Below, in pieces: positions 1-8,621 of a DNA stretch of 43,205 nt. The DNA is from an uncultured Gammaproteobacteria bacterium (GTDB lineage: Bacteria; Patescibacteriota; Patescibacteriia; Patescibacteriales; UBA12465). The stretch is from positions 12,825 to 56,029 of the forward strand of contig CAZMKG010000003.1 in NCBI GenBank assembly GCA_964567015.1, written 5' to 3'. How positions within the stretch are numbered: the first letter of the stretch is position 1; each line of letters begins with the position of its first letter. The notes beneath the pieces were generated by a model. It saw nothing but the letters and a program-made list of their open reading frames with translations. It ran no database searches and was not told the DNA's origin. The position numbers and the translations under genes are program-made.

Positions 1-7
1 GGGACGG

Positions 8-45
8 ATAGAGATTAGAAATAAATATAGAGATTAGAAATAAAT
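8..45. repeat. 19-bp perfect tandem direct repeat, two copies (ATAGAGATTAGAAATAAAT), at the window edge
   Basis: Positions 8-26 and 27-45 are identical when read directly. The array could continue beyond the window edge. Confidence 0.8.
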
Positions 46-54
46 CAGGAATAT

Positions 55-86
55 AAAAAAAAGAACCGAATCAGTCGGCTCTTTTT
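55..86 (-). terminator. Intrinsic terminator downstream of rnhB
   Basis: On the - strand, GAGCCGA-CTGAT-TCGGTTC forms a 7-bp stem with one G-U pair. It is followed by a run of eight U (A-run at 55-62 on the + strand). Confidence 0.65.
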
Positions 87-713
87 TTATTTTTCCATCA
101 TTTCTTTAATCGGACTGAAACTGAAGCGATGCAAAGGACAGGGGCCGTGTTCGGCGATTTTAGCAAAATGCGCTTTGGTGCCGTAGCCTTTGTGTTTGGC
201 AAATTCATATTGCGGATATTGCTTGTCGATTTCTGTCATCATCCAGTCTCGACTCACCTTGGCGATAATGGATGCGGCCGCGATACAGAAGACTTTAGCG
301 TCGCCGCCGACAATCGCCGTCTGCGATTTTTCCAATTTCGGTATTTTAAAATTGCCGTCGACTAGAATATAATCCGGCTCAATTTTTAGTTTTTTAATCG
401 CCCGGCGCATAGCCAGAAAACTGGCTTGCAGAATATTTATTTTATCGATTGTTAAATTGTCGACCACGCCGATTTCGACCGCTGAAACTTTTTCCTTTAT
501 TATGCCGAATAATTTTTCTCGTTTTTTGGCGGTTAGTTTTTTCGAATCGGCGACTAAAGCTAAATCTTCGCCGTCAATTTTAAAATCAGCGCCGACAACG
601 ACACAGGCGGCCACGACCGGCCCGGCCAAAGGGCCGCGTCCGGCTTCATCGACTCCGCCGATAAATTTATAGCCGAGATCAAATATTTTCTTTTCGGTCA
701 TGAGGTCTAACAT
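87..713 (-). CDS. rnhB: Ribonuclease HII
   Basis: 208-aa ORF with the N-terminal GVDEAGRGPLAGPVVAA metal-binding motif and a typical RNase HII length and layout. Confidence 0.95.
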   Translation of the reverse strand: MLDLMTEKKIFDLGYKFIGGVDEAGRGPLAGPVVAACVVVGADFKIDGEDLALVADSKKLTAKKREKLFGIIKEKVSAVEIGVVDNLTIDKINILQASFLAMRRAIKKLKIEPDYILVDGNFKIPKLEKSQTAIVGGDAKVFCIAAASIIAKVSRDWMMTEIDKQYPQYEFAKHKGYGTKAHFAKIAEHGPCPLHRFSFSPIKEMMEK

Positions 714-782
714 GAGATTATTATATCATAAAAAGACAAGAAAAGCCGTTATTGAATTTTTCCGCGCGTATTCGCAAAATAC

Positions 783-811
783 TTGAAAAATGAAGCTATT
801 ATACCTATAAT
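783..811 (+). promoter_or_regulatory. Sigma-70-type promoter for the tRNA pair (TTGAAA-17-TATAAT)
   Basis: TTGAAA at 783-788, a 17-nt spacer, and TATAAT at 806-811, placed 22 nt upstream of the tRNA-Leu 5' end. Confidence 0.6.
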
Positions 812-833
812 CTATTTATATAAGGATTTTGTC

Positions 834-917
834 GCCCGGATGGTGAAATTGGTAGACACGCAGTGTTCAGAACGCTGTGGGAGCAATCTCATGGGGGTTC
901 AAGTCCCCCTCCGGGCA
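834..917 (+). tRNA. tRNA-Leu (anticodon CAG), long variable arm, no encoded CCA
   Basis: Acceptor GCCCGGA/TCCGGGC. Anticodon stem CAGTG/CGCTG with loop TTCAGAA. Long variable arm. T arm GGGGG-TTCAAGT-CCCCC. Confidence 0.9.
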
Positions 918-941
918 CAGATAAAATAAGGTTTAACAATC

Positions 942-1015
942 GGTCGTTTGGCTCAGTTGGTTAGAGCGCCGCGTTCACATCGCGGAGGTCAGTGGTCCGA
1001 GTCCACTAACGACCA
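942..1015 (+). tRNA. tRNA-Val (anticodon CAC), no encoded CCA, unusual T-loop
   Basis: Acceptor GGTCGTT/AACGACC. D arm GCTC-AGTTGGTT-AGAGC. Anticodon stem CCGCG/CGCGG with loop TTCACAT. T arm AGTGG-TCCGAGT-CCACT. Confidence 0.85.
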
Positions 1016-1046
1016 CTTTAAGTAAAGTTTAATAAATATTAACTTT

Positions 1047-1877
1047 ATGGCTATAGAATATTTAGCCGGCATCCAACCGGGGCAAAAAATAGATTTAGGA
1101 AAATTTGAAGATAGAAAAAAGGAGCCAAATTTGGAAACGTATTTGCCGTATTTAAAAAATCATTTAGCGGTGTTGTCCGAAAAAATTAATCGTGAGTTAC
1201 CGGGTTTTGTCGACAATGAAGGCCGAATCGCCATTGAAGGGAAAACAGCCAATAATGATAGACTCTTGGTTGATGTTCAAGAAGATGTTTTTAGTCGAGA
1301 AACCGGAAAAACAGTTGAATCATGGAATATTGATAATGAAAAAAATCCTTCTAATCTGACCGAAATGGCCTTAACTGTTTTATTGCAAAAACAATTGGGC
1401 GATGATTTTATTGTTGCTCGGTCATCAAAATACGATGATTATAATAATGGCGTCGATCAGGTTATCGTTTACCGTCCGACCGGAGAAGTTGTTTGCGGTT
1501 TTGATGAGGTTATCGGCAGAGACGGAAATGACGGTAGTGAAAAAAAGAAAGAAAAATTAGAGCGCATTATGGCTAAAGGAGGAGCTTATATAAAGTATGG
1601 CGCTAAACTCGAAGATGGAAAATTAGTTCGCGGCGAAATAAAAAATGTCCCTGCGTTTTTCATGGGAATAAATAAATCGGATTTAAGAGAATTGCTGGAT
1701 AGTTTGAAAAATAATCCCGAAAAGAATAGCGAAGCCGAAGAAAAAATATTCCTTAAATTATTGGAGTCTTTAGAATCACAAGCTTCCGGTCAAAATCTCG
1801 ATGATAGTTTAAAAGAAAAAACCGCTTTGATGCTAGAAAAGTTCCGCCGAGCGGCCGGCGCCAAGGAAATGAATTAA
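1047..1877 (+). CDS. Hypothetical protein (276 aa, acidic, soluble), no family recognised
   Basis: Long uninterrupted ORF with host-like composition. I recognise no motif in it. Confidence 0.7.
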   Translation: MAIEYLAGIQPGQKIDLGKFEDRKKEPNLETYLPYLKNHLAVLSEKINRELPGFVDNEGRIAIEGKTANNDRLLVDVQEDVFSRETGKTVESWNIDNEKNPSNLTEMALTVLLQKQLGDDFIVARSSKYDDYNNGVDQVIVYRPTGEVVCGFDEVIGRDGNDGSEKKKEKLERIMAKGGAYIKYGAKLEDGKLVRGEIKNVPAFFMGINKSDLRELLDSLKNNPEKNSEAEEKIFLKLLESLESQASGQNLDDSLKEKTALMLEKFRRAAGAKEMN

Positions 1878-1914
1878 AAAAATGAATTAATGCGCCTTTG
1901 ATAAATAAAGCTTT

Positions 1915-3342
1915 ATGCAAAAAATTTTTTTATACAACACATTAACGCGCCAAAAGGAAGAATTCGTCTCGATTAAAAAGAGCGAAGTCGGTCTTTATAC
2001 TTGCGGGCCGACAGTTTATAATTATGCCCATCTCGGGAATCTCCGGGCTTATTTATTTGATGATTTTTTAAAGAGAACATTGGAATATAACGGATATTCC
2101 GTTGAGCATGTTATGAATATCACCGATGTCGGGCATCTGACCGGAGATATGGACATGGGCGATGATAAGCTGGAATTAGGCGCGAAACGGGAAGGCAAGA
2201 GCGCTTGGGACATCGCCGCTTTTTATGAAGAAGCCTTCAAAAAAGATCTCGGATTGTTAAATATTGAACCGGCGGATGTATATTCTCGCGCGACTGATAA
2301 TATCCCGGAGCAAATCGCTTTGATAAAAGTTTTAGAAGACAAAGGTTATACTTATAAAATTAGCGACGGCATTTATTTCGACACTGCCAAAGTCAAGGAC
2401 TATAATAAGCTTAGCCATTTGCCGCTTGAAGAATTAAAAGAAGGGGCGCGTGTTGAAATAAATTCCGAAAAGAGAAATCCGACCGACTTTGCTTTATGGA
2501 AATTTTCGCCGGCCGGCGCCAAACGCCAGATGGAATGGAAGTCTCCCTGGGGAGTTGGTTTTCCTGGTTGGCATATCGAATGTTCGGCGATGAGTTTAAA
2601 GTATTTAAGCGGAAAATTAGATATCCATTGCGGCGGCATCGATCATATCAATATCCATCATACTAACGAAATCGCGCAATCGGAAGCGGCGACCGGAAAG
2701 CCATTTTTTAATTACTGGATGCATAACGGGTTTTTAAATATCGCCGGCGGCAAGAAAATGGCGAAGAGCGCGGATAATTTTTTGACACTCGAAAATGCTT
2801 TGGTAAAAAAAGGAATAAATCCGCTCGCTTATCGTTTTGCCGCGCTGCAAGTACATTATCGCAAACCGATGGAATATAGCGAGGAGGGCATTAAACAGGC
2901 GGCCGAGGGTTTAGAAAGTTTATATTCAGCGGTTGCCGCGTTAAAAAAGTCATTAACCGCGGAAGAAATTAAAAACGGGAAAATTGATTCGATATATAAA
3001 GAAAAATTTTTGGAAGCCCTTAACGACGATTTAAATACGCCGCAGGCATTGGCGGTTTTATTTTCGGTGTTAAAGTCGGATTTAATAAAAGTCGATTTAT
3101 GGGCGACGATTTTAGATTTCGATAGGGCGCTTGGTTTAAGACTCGACGCGGCGGAAAAAGCGGTCGCTTCGGAACTAAAATTTGAAGATATGCCGATTGA
3201 AGTTCAAAATCTTATTACTGCTCGTCAGGCGGCGCGGGAAAATAAAAATTGGGGAGAGTCGGATCGTTTGCGAGAAGAAATAAAAAAATCGGGATACACG
3301 GTAGAAGACGCGCCGGACGGTTATCGGATTTTGCATTCATAA
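1915..3342 (+). CDS. cysS: Cysteine--tRNA ligase
   Basis: 475 aa. Class I HIGH motif (AHLGN) and KMSKS variant (KMAKS). The CGPTVYNYAHLGN signature is typical of CysRS. Confidence 0.95.
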   Translation: MQKIFLYNTLTRQKEEFVSIKKSEVGLYTCGPTVYNYAHLGNLRAYLFDDFLKRTLEYNGYSVEHVMNITDVGHLTGDMDMGDDKLELGAKREGKSAWDIAAFYEEAFKKDLGLLNIEPADVYSRATDNIPEQIALIKVLEDKGYTYKISDGIYFDTAKVKDYNKLSHLPLEELKEGARVEINSEKRNPTDFALWKFSPAGAKRQMEWKSPWGVGFPGWHIECSAMSLKYLSGKLDIHCGGIDHINIHHTNEIAQSEAATGKPFFNYWMHNGFLNIAGGKKMAKSADNFLTLENALVKKGINPLAYRFAALQVHYRKPMEYSEEGIKQAAEGLESLYSAVAALKKSLTAEEIKNGKIDSIYKEKFLEALNDDLNTPQALAVLFSVLKSDLIKVDLWATILDFDRALGLRLDAAEKAVASELKFEDMPIEVQNLITARQAARENKNWGESDRLREEIKKSGYTVEDAPDGYRILHS

Positions 3343-3349
3343 AATCAAC

Positions 3350-4303
3350 ATGTCTAAGGATTTTTGGAAAACATTAAAGAAACGGAATAAGCCGATTTTA
3401 GCGCTCGCGCCGATGGCCGGTTTTACCGATTCTGCCTTTCGCCGGATTTGCAAAAAATATGGCGCCGATGTTTTATACAGCGAGATGGCGTCGGCAACGG
3501 CGCTTTTTTACAATCAAAACGTAAAGAATAACGCCACTCTTAAGCTCCTGAAGTTTGACCGCCTTAAAGAAAAATATTATGTCGTCCAGCTATTCGGAGC
3601 CAATCCGGAGCATTTTGCTGTCGCCGCCAGAATTATCACTAAAGAAGTCAGGCCGGACGGAATCGATATAAATTTCGGTTGTCCGGTGCCGAAAATAATC
3701 AAGCAAGGAGCCGGATCGGGACTAATGAAAAATTTGGCCGGCGCGCGAGCCGTTATCGAAGCAGTGTTGGCTAATACCGATTTGCCGGTCTCGATAAAGA
3801 TACGGGTGAAATCCGGCAGTATCGATGCGCTTGAATTTTTAAAAAATATTTCCGATTTGCCGGTGGCGGCGTTAATGATTCATGGCCGGACTTTGGCGCA
3901 GGGGTTTGCCGGTAATCCCGATTGGAAAATTATTAAAGAATCAAGAAAAAATTTTAAAGGCGTGATTTTAGCCAATGGAGGAATTAATGATTTAGCCGGC
4001 GCTAAAGAGGCTTTGCGGCAGACGGGCGCCGACGGTTTGGGTCTGGCGCGCGGAGTTTTGGGGCGTCCGTGGTTATATAAAGAAATAAAAAAAGACAAAA
4101 TTATAAATTTAAACCGGAAACAGATTTTTAAAATCGCGCTTGGACACGCAGAACTGGAGCAGGCGGAAAAAGGGAAGCGCGGTATAGTTGAATTTCGCAA
4201 GCATCTGGTTTGGTATATGCAAGGGATAAACGGCGCCTCTAAATTGCGCGAGCAATTGGTAAAAGTAAATACGCTGGCGAATATAAAAAAAATATTAAAA
4301 TAA
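3350..4303 (+). CDS. dusB: tRNA-dihydrouridine synthase
   Basis: 317 aa. LAPMAGFTDSAFR N-terminus, INFGCPVPK catalytic-Cys motif, and a TIM-barrel Dus layout. Confidence 0.9.
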   Translation: MSKDFWKTLKKRNKPILALAPMAGFTDSAFRRICKKYGADVLYSEMASATALFYNQNVKNNATLKLLKFDRLKEKYYVVQLFGANPEHFAVAARIITKEVRPDGIDINFGCPVPKIIKQGAGSGLMKNLAGARAVIEAVLANTDLPVSIKIRVKSGSIDALEFLKNISDLPVAALMIHGRTLAQGFAGNPDWKIIKESRKNFKGVILANGGINDLAGAKEALRQTGADGLGLARGVLGRPWLYKEIKKDKIINLNRKQIFKIALGHAELEQAEKGKRGIVEFRKHLVWYMQGINGASKLREQLVKVNTLANIKKILK

Positions 4304-4307
4304 AAAT

Positions 4308-4688
4308 ATGACTTTATACATAAATACCATTAGCCATGATGAAATAATTATCGAGCTTAGGGACAAAGATAATGTTTCGGCAAGAAAAAAAATTAGCGCG
4401 CCGCGAAAGCAATCGGAAAAATTATTGCCGGCAATCGATAAATTATTAAAAATAAAAAAAGTAAAGCTCGATAAATTAACGAAGATTATCGTTGCCAGTT
4501 ATGGCGGCAGCTTTACTTCTTTGCGTATCGGCGTGATAACCGCCAACGCTCTCGCCTATGCTCTTAATATTCCGGTAGAGGCCGAAGACAGATCAAAAAA
4601 GAATAAAGAATTTTCCGGATATTCGATTGTCGAGCCGATATATGACCGTGAACCAAACATCGGAAAAGCGAAAAAATCGTCATTATAG
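4308..4688 (+). CDS. tsaB: TsaB/YeaZ-like protein, N-terminal half only (126 aa)
   Basis: LLPAIDKLL...KIIVASYGGSFTSLRIGVITANALAYALNIPV matches the N-terminal ASKHA subdomain of TsaB. The C-terminal subdomain is absent. Confidence 0.7.
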   Translation: MTLYINTISHDEIIIELRDKDNVSARKKISAPRKQSEKLLPAIDKLLKIKKVKLDKLTKIIVASYGGSFTSLRIGVITANALAYALNIPVEAEDRSKKNKEFSGYSIVEPIYDREPNIGKAKKSSL

Positions 4689-4748
4689 CCTGTGTGTTAA
4701 CTGTTGAAAACTTTTAGACTATTTTGGCAAATTATTTCTCTAAAATTT

Positions 4749-4779
4749 AAGCTACTTGTTGATAAGTAGCTTTTTTTAT
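4749..4779 (+). terminator. Intrinsic terminator after the tsaB-like gene
   Basis: AAGCTACTT-GTTGAT-AAGTAGCTT forms a perfect 9-bp stem followed by a T-run. Confidence 0.75.
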
Positions 4780-4812
4780 ATTTTTTTGCTTATATAAGCT
4801 AAAAGAATAGTG

Positions 4813-4841
4813 TTGACCGTAGGGTGTTAGTGGTGTATAAT
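4813..4841 (+). promoter_or_regulatory. Near-consensus sigma-70 promoter of the dcw block (TTGACC-17-TATAAT)
   Basis: TTGACC at 4813-4818, a 17-nt spacer, and TATAAT at 4836-4841, placed 77 nt upstream of the mraZ ATG. Confidence 0.7.
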
Positions 4842-4882
4842 TAAACTCGTAAGGTGAATTGTGGGGAAAGGTGGTGAATGTG
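4824..4882 (+). promoter_or_regulatory. Array of GTG(G) boxes, a putative MraZ operator
   Basis: GTG/GTGG/GTGGGG boxes start at about 4824, 4830, 4854, 4861, 4871 and 4880, at 7-10-nt spacing. GGTGAAT(T)GTG is repeated at 4853 and 4873. The array overlaps and follows the promoter. Confidence 0.45.
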
Positions 4883-4918
4883 CTTGTCTTTGCCATCTAT
4901 TCTCGATAAAAGTTTATT

Positions 4919-5350
4919 ATGTTTATTGGAGAATATAATCACAATCTAGACGATAAAGGCCGCTTAGCCATTCCGGTTAAGTTTCGCGCTATTTTAAAAA
5001 AAGGAGCAGTTGTTACCAAGGGTTTGGACAATTGCTTGTTTTTGTATTCGAAAGAACAATTTGAAAATATTGCCAAGAAGCTGGCCGCTCTGCCTATCAG
5101 CCAAGCCAAAGCCAGAACTTTTAGCCGCCATATGCTAGCCGGCGCGATGGATGTCGATTTTGACAATCAGGGTCGCGTTACTTTGCCGGAGTATCTGCGC
5201 GCGTTTTCCGGATTGAAGAAAAAGATAATCGTTGCCGGCTTATATAATCATTTGGAAATTTGGGATGAAGACGCTTGGCACAAATATAAAACCGAAAGCG
5301 AAAAGAATAGCAATGCCATCGCTGAAGAACTGGGCGATTTGGGAATTTAA
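4919..5350 (+). CDS. mraZ: Transcriptional regulator MraZ
   Basis: 143 aa with two SpoVT/AbrB-like repeats carrying DxxxR motifs (LDDKGRLAIP and FDNQGRVTLP). Confidence 0.95.
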   Translation: MFIGEYNHNLDDKGRLAIPVKFRAILKKGAVVTKGLDNCLFLYSKEQFENIAKKLAALPISQAKARTFSRHMLAGAMDVDFDNQGRVTLPEYLRAFSGLKKKIIVAGLYNHLEIWDEDAWHKYKTESEKNSNAIAEELGDLGI

Positions 5351-5355
5351 AAAAT

Positions 5356-6243
5356 ATGGCTTATTTCCATATCCCCGTCATGTTAACGGAAATTCTTAAT
5401 TATCTCGATCCGCGTCCGGGGAAAAAATATATTGATTGTACTTTGGGAGGAGCCGGATATACGATTGCTTTAGCCGAAGAAGCGGGCGCTAGCGGGCAGG
5501 TGGTCGGAATCGATTTGGATGAACTGGCGATAAAGAACGCGCAAAGATTAATCGGTGAAAAGAAATTAGCAAATATTGTTTTAATAAACGATAACTTTAA
5601 AAATCTTAAAAAGGCCATCGGCGAAAGATTTTCGCCGGAAGCTAAATTCGATGGCATAGTTTTTGATCTCGGTTTGTCTTCGGCGCAGCTCGACGATGAA
5701 ACACGCGGTTTTTCCTTTAAAGGCGATCGCCCGCTTGATATGTCTTTCGGTCCGATAAATTCCAAGTCAACCGAAGAAATAGTCAATACCTATCCGCTGC
5801 TTGAATTAACAAGGATATTTCAGGAATACGGAGAAGAAAAACATGCTTATCGGATAGCCAAGGAGATTGTCGAAGCGCGCAAGAGTAAAAGGATAGTTTC
5901 GACCGCCGATTTGGTGGCGATAATCGAGAAGGTTGTTCCTTTTCGCTACCGGTCAAAAATACATCCCGCCACGAGAATTTTTCAAGCTTTAAGGATGGAG
6001 ACTAATGAAGAGTTGCAAATTTTAGCGGATGTCTTGCCGGATGCCGTTAGTCTCTTGAAACCGCATGGTCGTTTGGTCGTCGTTTCTTTCCATAGCGGCG
6101 AGGACAGAATCGTTAAGAGATTTTTTAAAGCGAATGAAAATCTGGCGGTATTGACCAAGAAGCCGCTGACGCCGTCGACGGAAGAAATGGCGGCTAACCC
6201 GCGCGCGCGGAGCGCCAAGCTCAGAGCCGGGGAAAAGATTTAG
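5356..6243 (+). CDS. rsmH: 16S rRNA (cytosine1402-N4)-methyltransferase RsmH
   Basis: 295 aa. HIPVMLTEIL N-terminus, SAM-binding TLGGAGYT motif, and position directly after mraZ. Confidence 0.95.
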   Translation: MAYFHIPVMLTEILNYLDPRPGKKYIDCTLGGAGYTIALAEEAGASGQVVGIDLDELAIKNAQRLIGEKKLANIVLINDNFKNLKKAIGERFSPEAKFDGIVFDLGLSSAQLDDETRGFSFKGDRPLDMSFGPINSKSTEEIVNTYPLLELTRIFQEYGEEKHAYRIAKEIVEARKSKRIVSTADLVAIIEKVVPFRYRSKIHPATRIFQALRMETNEELQILADVLPDAVSLLKPHGRLVVVSFHSGEDRIVKRFFKANENLAVLTKKPLTPSTEEMAANPRARSAKLRAGEKI

Positions 6244-6280
6244 ATAATTTTTAAATTGATATAAATTTCGTTACTTTATT

Positions 6281-6622
6281 ATGACCAAGGTTATTAACTG
6301 CTATCAGGCGCAGACCCAAAAAACAAATCGCGGCAAAAAGATAAATTTAAGAAGTTTTAATATTTTCTTAATGGTTTTTGCTTCGGTTCTCGGAGTTTTC
6401 TATCTCGCAAATATCAGCGATTTGGCCGTTAAAGGATTCTCCCTTAAAGAATTAAAAGCGCAGGCCGAAGTTTTAGCCAGCGAGAAGCTCGATAATGAAG
6501 AAGAGATAAATAATCTCCAATCTTATTATTCACTAAGTTCGCGCACGCAGAAGTTAAATATGGTGGCGATAGGCGAAATCGAATATCTGCCGGTTACGGC
6601 CTCGGTAGTGGCTCGCAAGTAA
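6281..6622 (+). CDS. ftsL: FtsL/DivIC-like cell-division protein
   Basis: 113 aa with a short cytoplasmic tail, one TM helix and an extracytoplasmic coiled coil. It sits in the conserved slot between rsmH and ftsI. Confidence 0.6.
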   Translation: MTKVINCYQAQTQKTNRGKKINLRSFNIFLMVFASVLGVFYLANISDLAVKGFSLKELKAQAEVLASEKLDNEEEINNLQSYYSLSSRTQKLNMVAIGEIEYLPVTASVVARK

Positions 6623-6628
6623 AAGCGT

Positions 6629-8620
6629 ATGTGGCGCGAAATAAAAAACAAATGTCGTCCGGAAAAAAATAAGATTAGTGTTAATCGTCTCCGTTTGGTT
6701 GTGGCGATTGTTTTTTTGTTAAGCGGCGCTTTGATTTATAAATTGTTCTCCGTCCAAATCGGCCAATGCGATTTTTATACGGCTTTAGCCTCTTCTCAAC
6801 ATGAAGTTTATAGCCAATTGGCCCCGGAAAGAGGAAGAATATATTTAAGCGAAACCGTCGACGGCCAAGAAAAGCTTTATCCGCTCGCGACCAATAAGGA
6901 TTTTGCTTCGCTTTATGTCGTGCCGAAAGAAATTACCAATCCGCAAGAAATGGCTGAAAAATTATATGATTTTTTTGATAAGCCGTCTCTGGAAGCTAAG
7001 GATGGAGGTTCTGCGGCTTCATCATCAGTTTTAATATCCACTCTAACATCCGACTCGACGACTAAAGAAGCGGTTTTAAAATCGGCTTCGTCGACGAAAG
7101 AGGAGATAATAAAAAACTATTTAAAAAAACTTGATAAGCCCGGAGATCCGTATGAATCTCTGGACAGAAAACTGGGAACCGATGACTTATTGAAATTTTT
7201 TGCCTTTTTGGCGTCTACCAGTTCCGCGCCGGTTTCGGCTTCTGATTTGGAACTTAAAAACGGACAAGTCGGCTACAGGAAAGGAGCGACGACGACTAAA
7301 TTTACGCTTCCCGGATTCGGTTTTGATTTGAAGAAATATCGTTATTATCCGGAGAAAGAAATCGGTTCGCATATTCTCGGTTTTGTCAGTAACGCCGACG
7401 ATAAGGAAGTCGGAAAATATGGGCTGGAAGAATTTTTTAACGAAGAATTGGCCGGGAAAGCCGGATTCTTGAAATCGGAAAAAGCCGGACAAAGCAACAC
7501 GATTATCGTCAACGACAGGGAATACGTGAAGCCGGAGAACGGGTCGGATTTAATTTTGACGGTTGATCGCAATATTGAATTTGTCGCCTGCGAAAAATTA
7601 AAAGAAGCCGTTAAAAAACATGGCGCCGACGGCGGCAGTGTTATCATAATGAATCCGAAAACCGGGGCGATTATCGCGATGTGTTCTGTTCCCGATTTCG
7701 ATCCGAACAATTATAAAGACGTTTCCAATATCAGGGTTTTTAATAACCCGGTAACTTTCGATCAATACGAGCCGGGCTCGGTTTATAAGACGGTAACCAT
7801 GTCGATTGCCGTCGATCAAAATAAAGTATCGCCGTCAACTACTTATAACGACCCCGGAGAAATAATGATTAGCGGTTGGAATAAACCGATTAGAAATTCC
7901 GATTTCGACACCAAAGGCGGCCACGGCGTGGTTGATATGAATTTTGTTTTAGAAAATTCTCTAAATACCGGCGCGATATTTGCGATGCGCCAAGTTGGTC
8001 CGACCGTCTTCGCCGATTATATAAAAAATTATGGTTTCGGCGAAAAGACGGGAGTTGAATTAGGTTCGGAAAGCTCCGGCAATATCGACAATTTGTTAAA
8101 GACCAAGGTTAAAGAAATAGACGCGGCGACTGCTTCTTTCGGTCAGGGAATCGCCGTCACTTCTTTGCAGATGATTATGCCCTATCAGGCAATTGCCAAT
8201 AAAGGCGTAATCATGAAGCCTTATATCGTAAAAAGCATTGTTCACAACGACGGTAAGCGCGAAGATATACAGCCGCAAAAATTAAGACGGGTAATTTCCG
8301 CCCAAACTGCCGGCACGATGTCGGCGATGCTGGTTAATGTCGTTGAGAAAGGCCATTCTAGCAAAGCCTATATCCAGGGTTATTATATCGGCGGTAAAAC
8401 CGGCACGGCCCAGATTCCTACTCCGGGCGGTTATCTTAAAGATCAGTATATCCATACATTTATCGGAATCGCTCCGATTGAAAATCCGTCTTTTGTCATG
8501 TTGACTAAGATGGACAGCCCGAAAGATGTTACCTATGCCGAAGGTTCGGTTGTTCCTTTATGGAAGGACATCGCCGATTTTATTTTAAAGTATTATCAAA
8601 TTCCAAAATCCAGAAATTAA
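6629..8620 (+). CDS. ftsI: Class B penicillin-binding protein (FtsI/PBP2B-type transpeptidase)
   Basis: 663 aa with an N-terminal TM helix. Transpeptidase motifs SxxK (GSVYK), SxN (NSLN) and KTG(T) (GKTGTA) are present. Confidence 0.9.
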   Translation: MWREIKNKCRPEKNKISVNRLRLVVAIVFLLSGALIYKLFSVQIGQCDFYTALASSQHEVYSQLAPERGRIYLSETVDGQEKLYPLATNKDFASLYVVPKEITNPQEMAEKLYDFFDKPSLEAKDGGSAASSSVLISTLTSDSTTKEAVLKSASSTKEEIIKNYLKKLDKPGDPYESLDRKLGTDDLLKFFAFLASTSSAPVSASDLELKNGQVGYRKGATTTKFTLPGFGFDLKKYRYYPEKEIGSHILGFVSNADDKEVGKYGLEEFFNEELAGKAGFLKSEKAGQSNTIIVNDREYVKPENGSDLILTVDRNIEFVACEKLKEAVKKHGADGGSVIIMNPKTGAIIAMCSVPDFDPNNYKDVSNIRVFNNPVTFDQYEPGSVYKTVTMSIAVDQNKVSPSTTYNDPGEIMISGWNKPIRNSDFDTKGGHGVVDMNFVLENSLNTGAIFAMRQVGPTVFADYIKNYGFGEKTGVELGSESSGNIDNLLKTKVKEIDAATASFGQGIAVTSLQMIMPYQAIANKGVIMKPYIVKSIVHNDGKREDIQPQKLRRVISAQTAGTMSAMLVNVVEKGHSSKAYIQGYYIGGKTGTAQIPTPGGYLKDQYIHTFIGIAPIENPSFVMLTKMDSPKDVTYAEGSVVPLWKDIADFILKYYQIPKSRN

Positions 8621-8621
8621 T

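Noticed and set aside
129-672. Three + strand ORFs (60-78 aa) inside rnhB, plus the many similar 60-128-aa antisense or off-frame ORFs across the track (for example 2400-2639, 3880-4200, 5400-5786, 7345-7710, 12585-12881, 16399-16752, 16894-17226, 17725-18069, 31313-31627, 32607-32954, 35776-36093, 40295-40717)
   Set aside because: All are nested in longer genes that carry clear family motifs. Their translations are low-complexity and typical of wrong-frame reading, and they have no independent signals.
714-1046. tRNA pair as an integration site for a mobile element
   Set aside because: No integrase is present, no direct repeat of a tRNA 3' end was seen downstream, and the flanking gene (1047-1877) has host-like composition.
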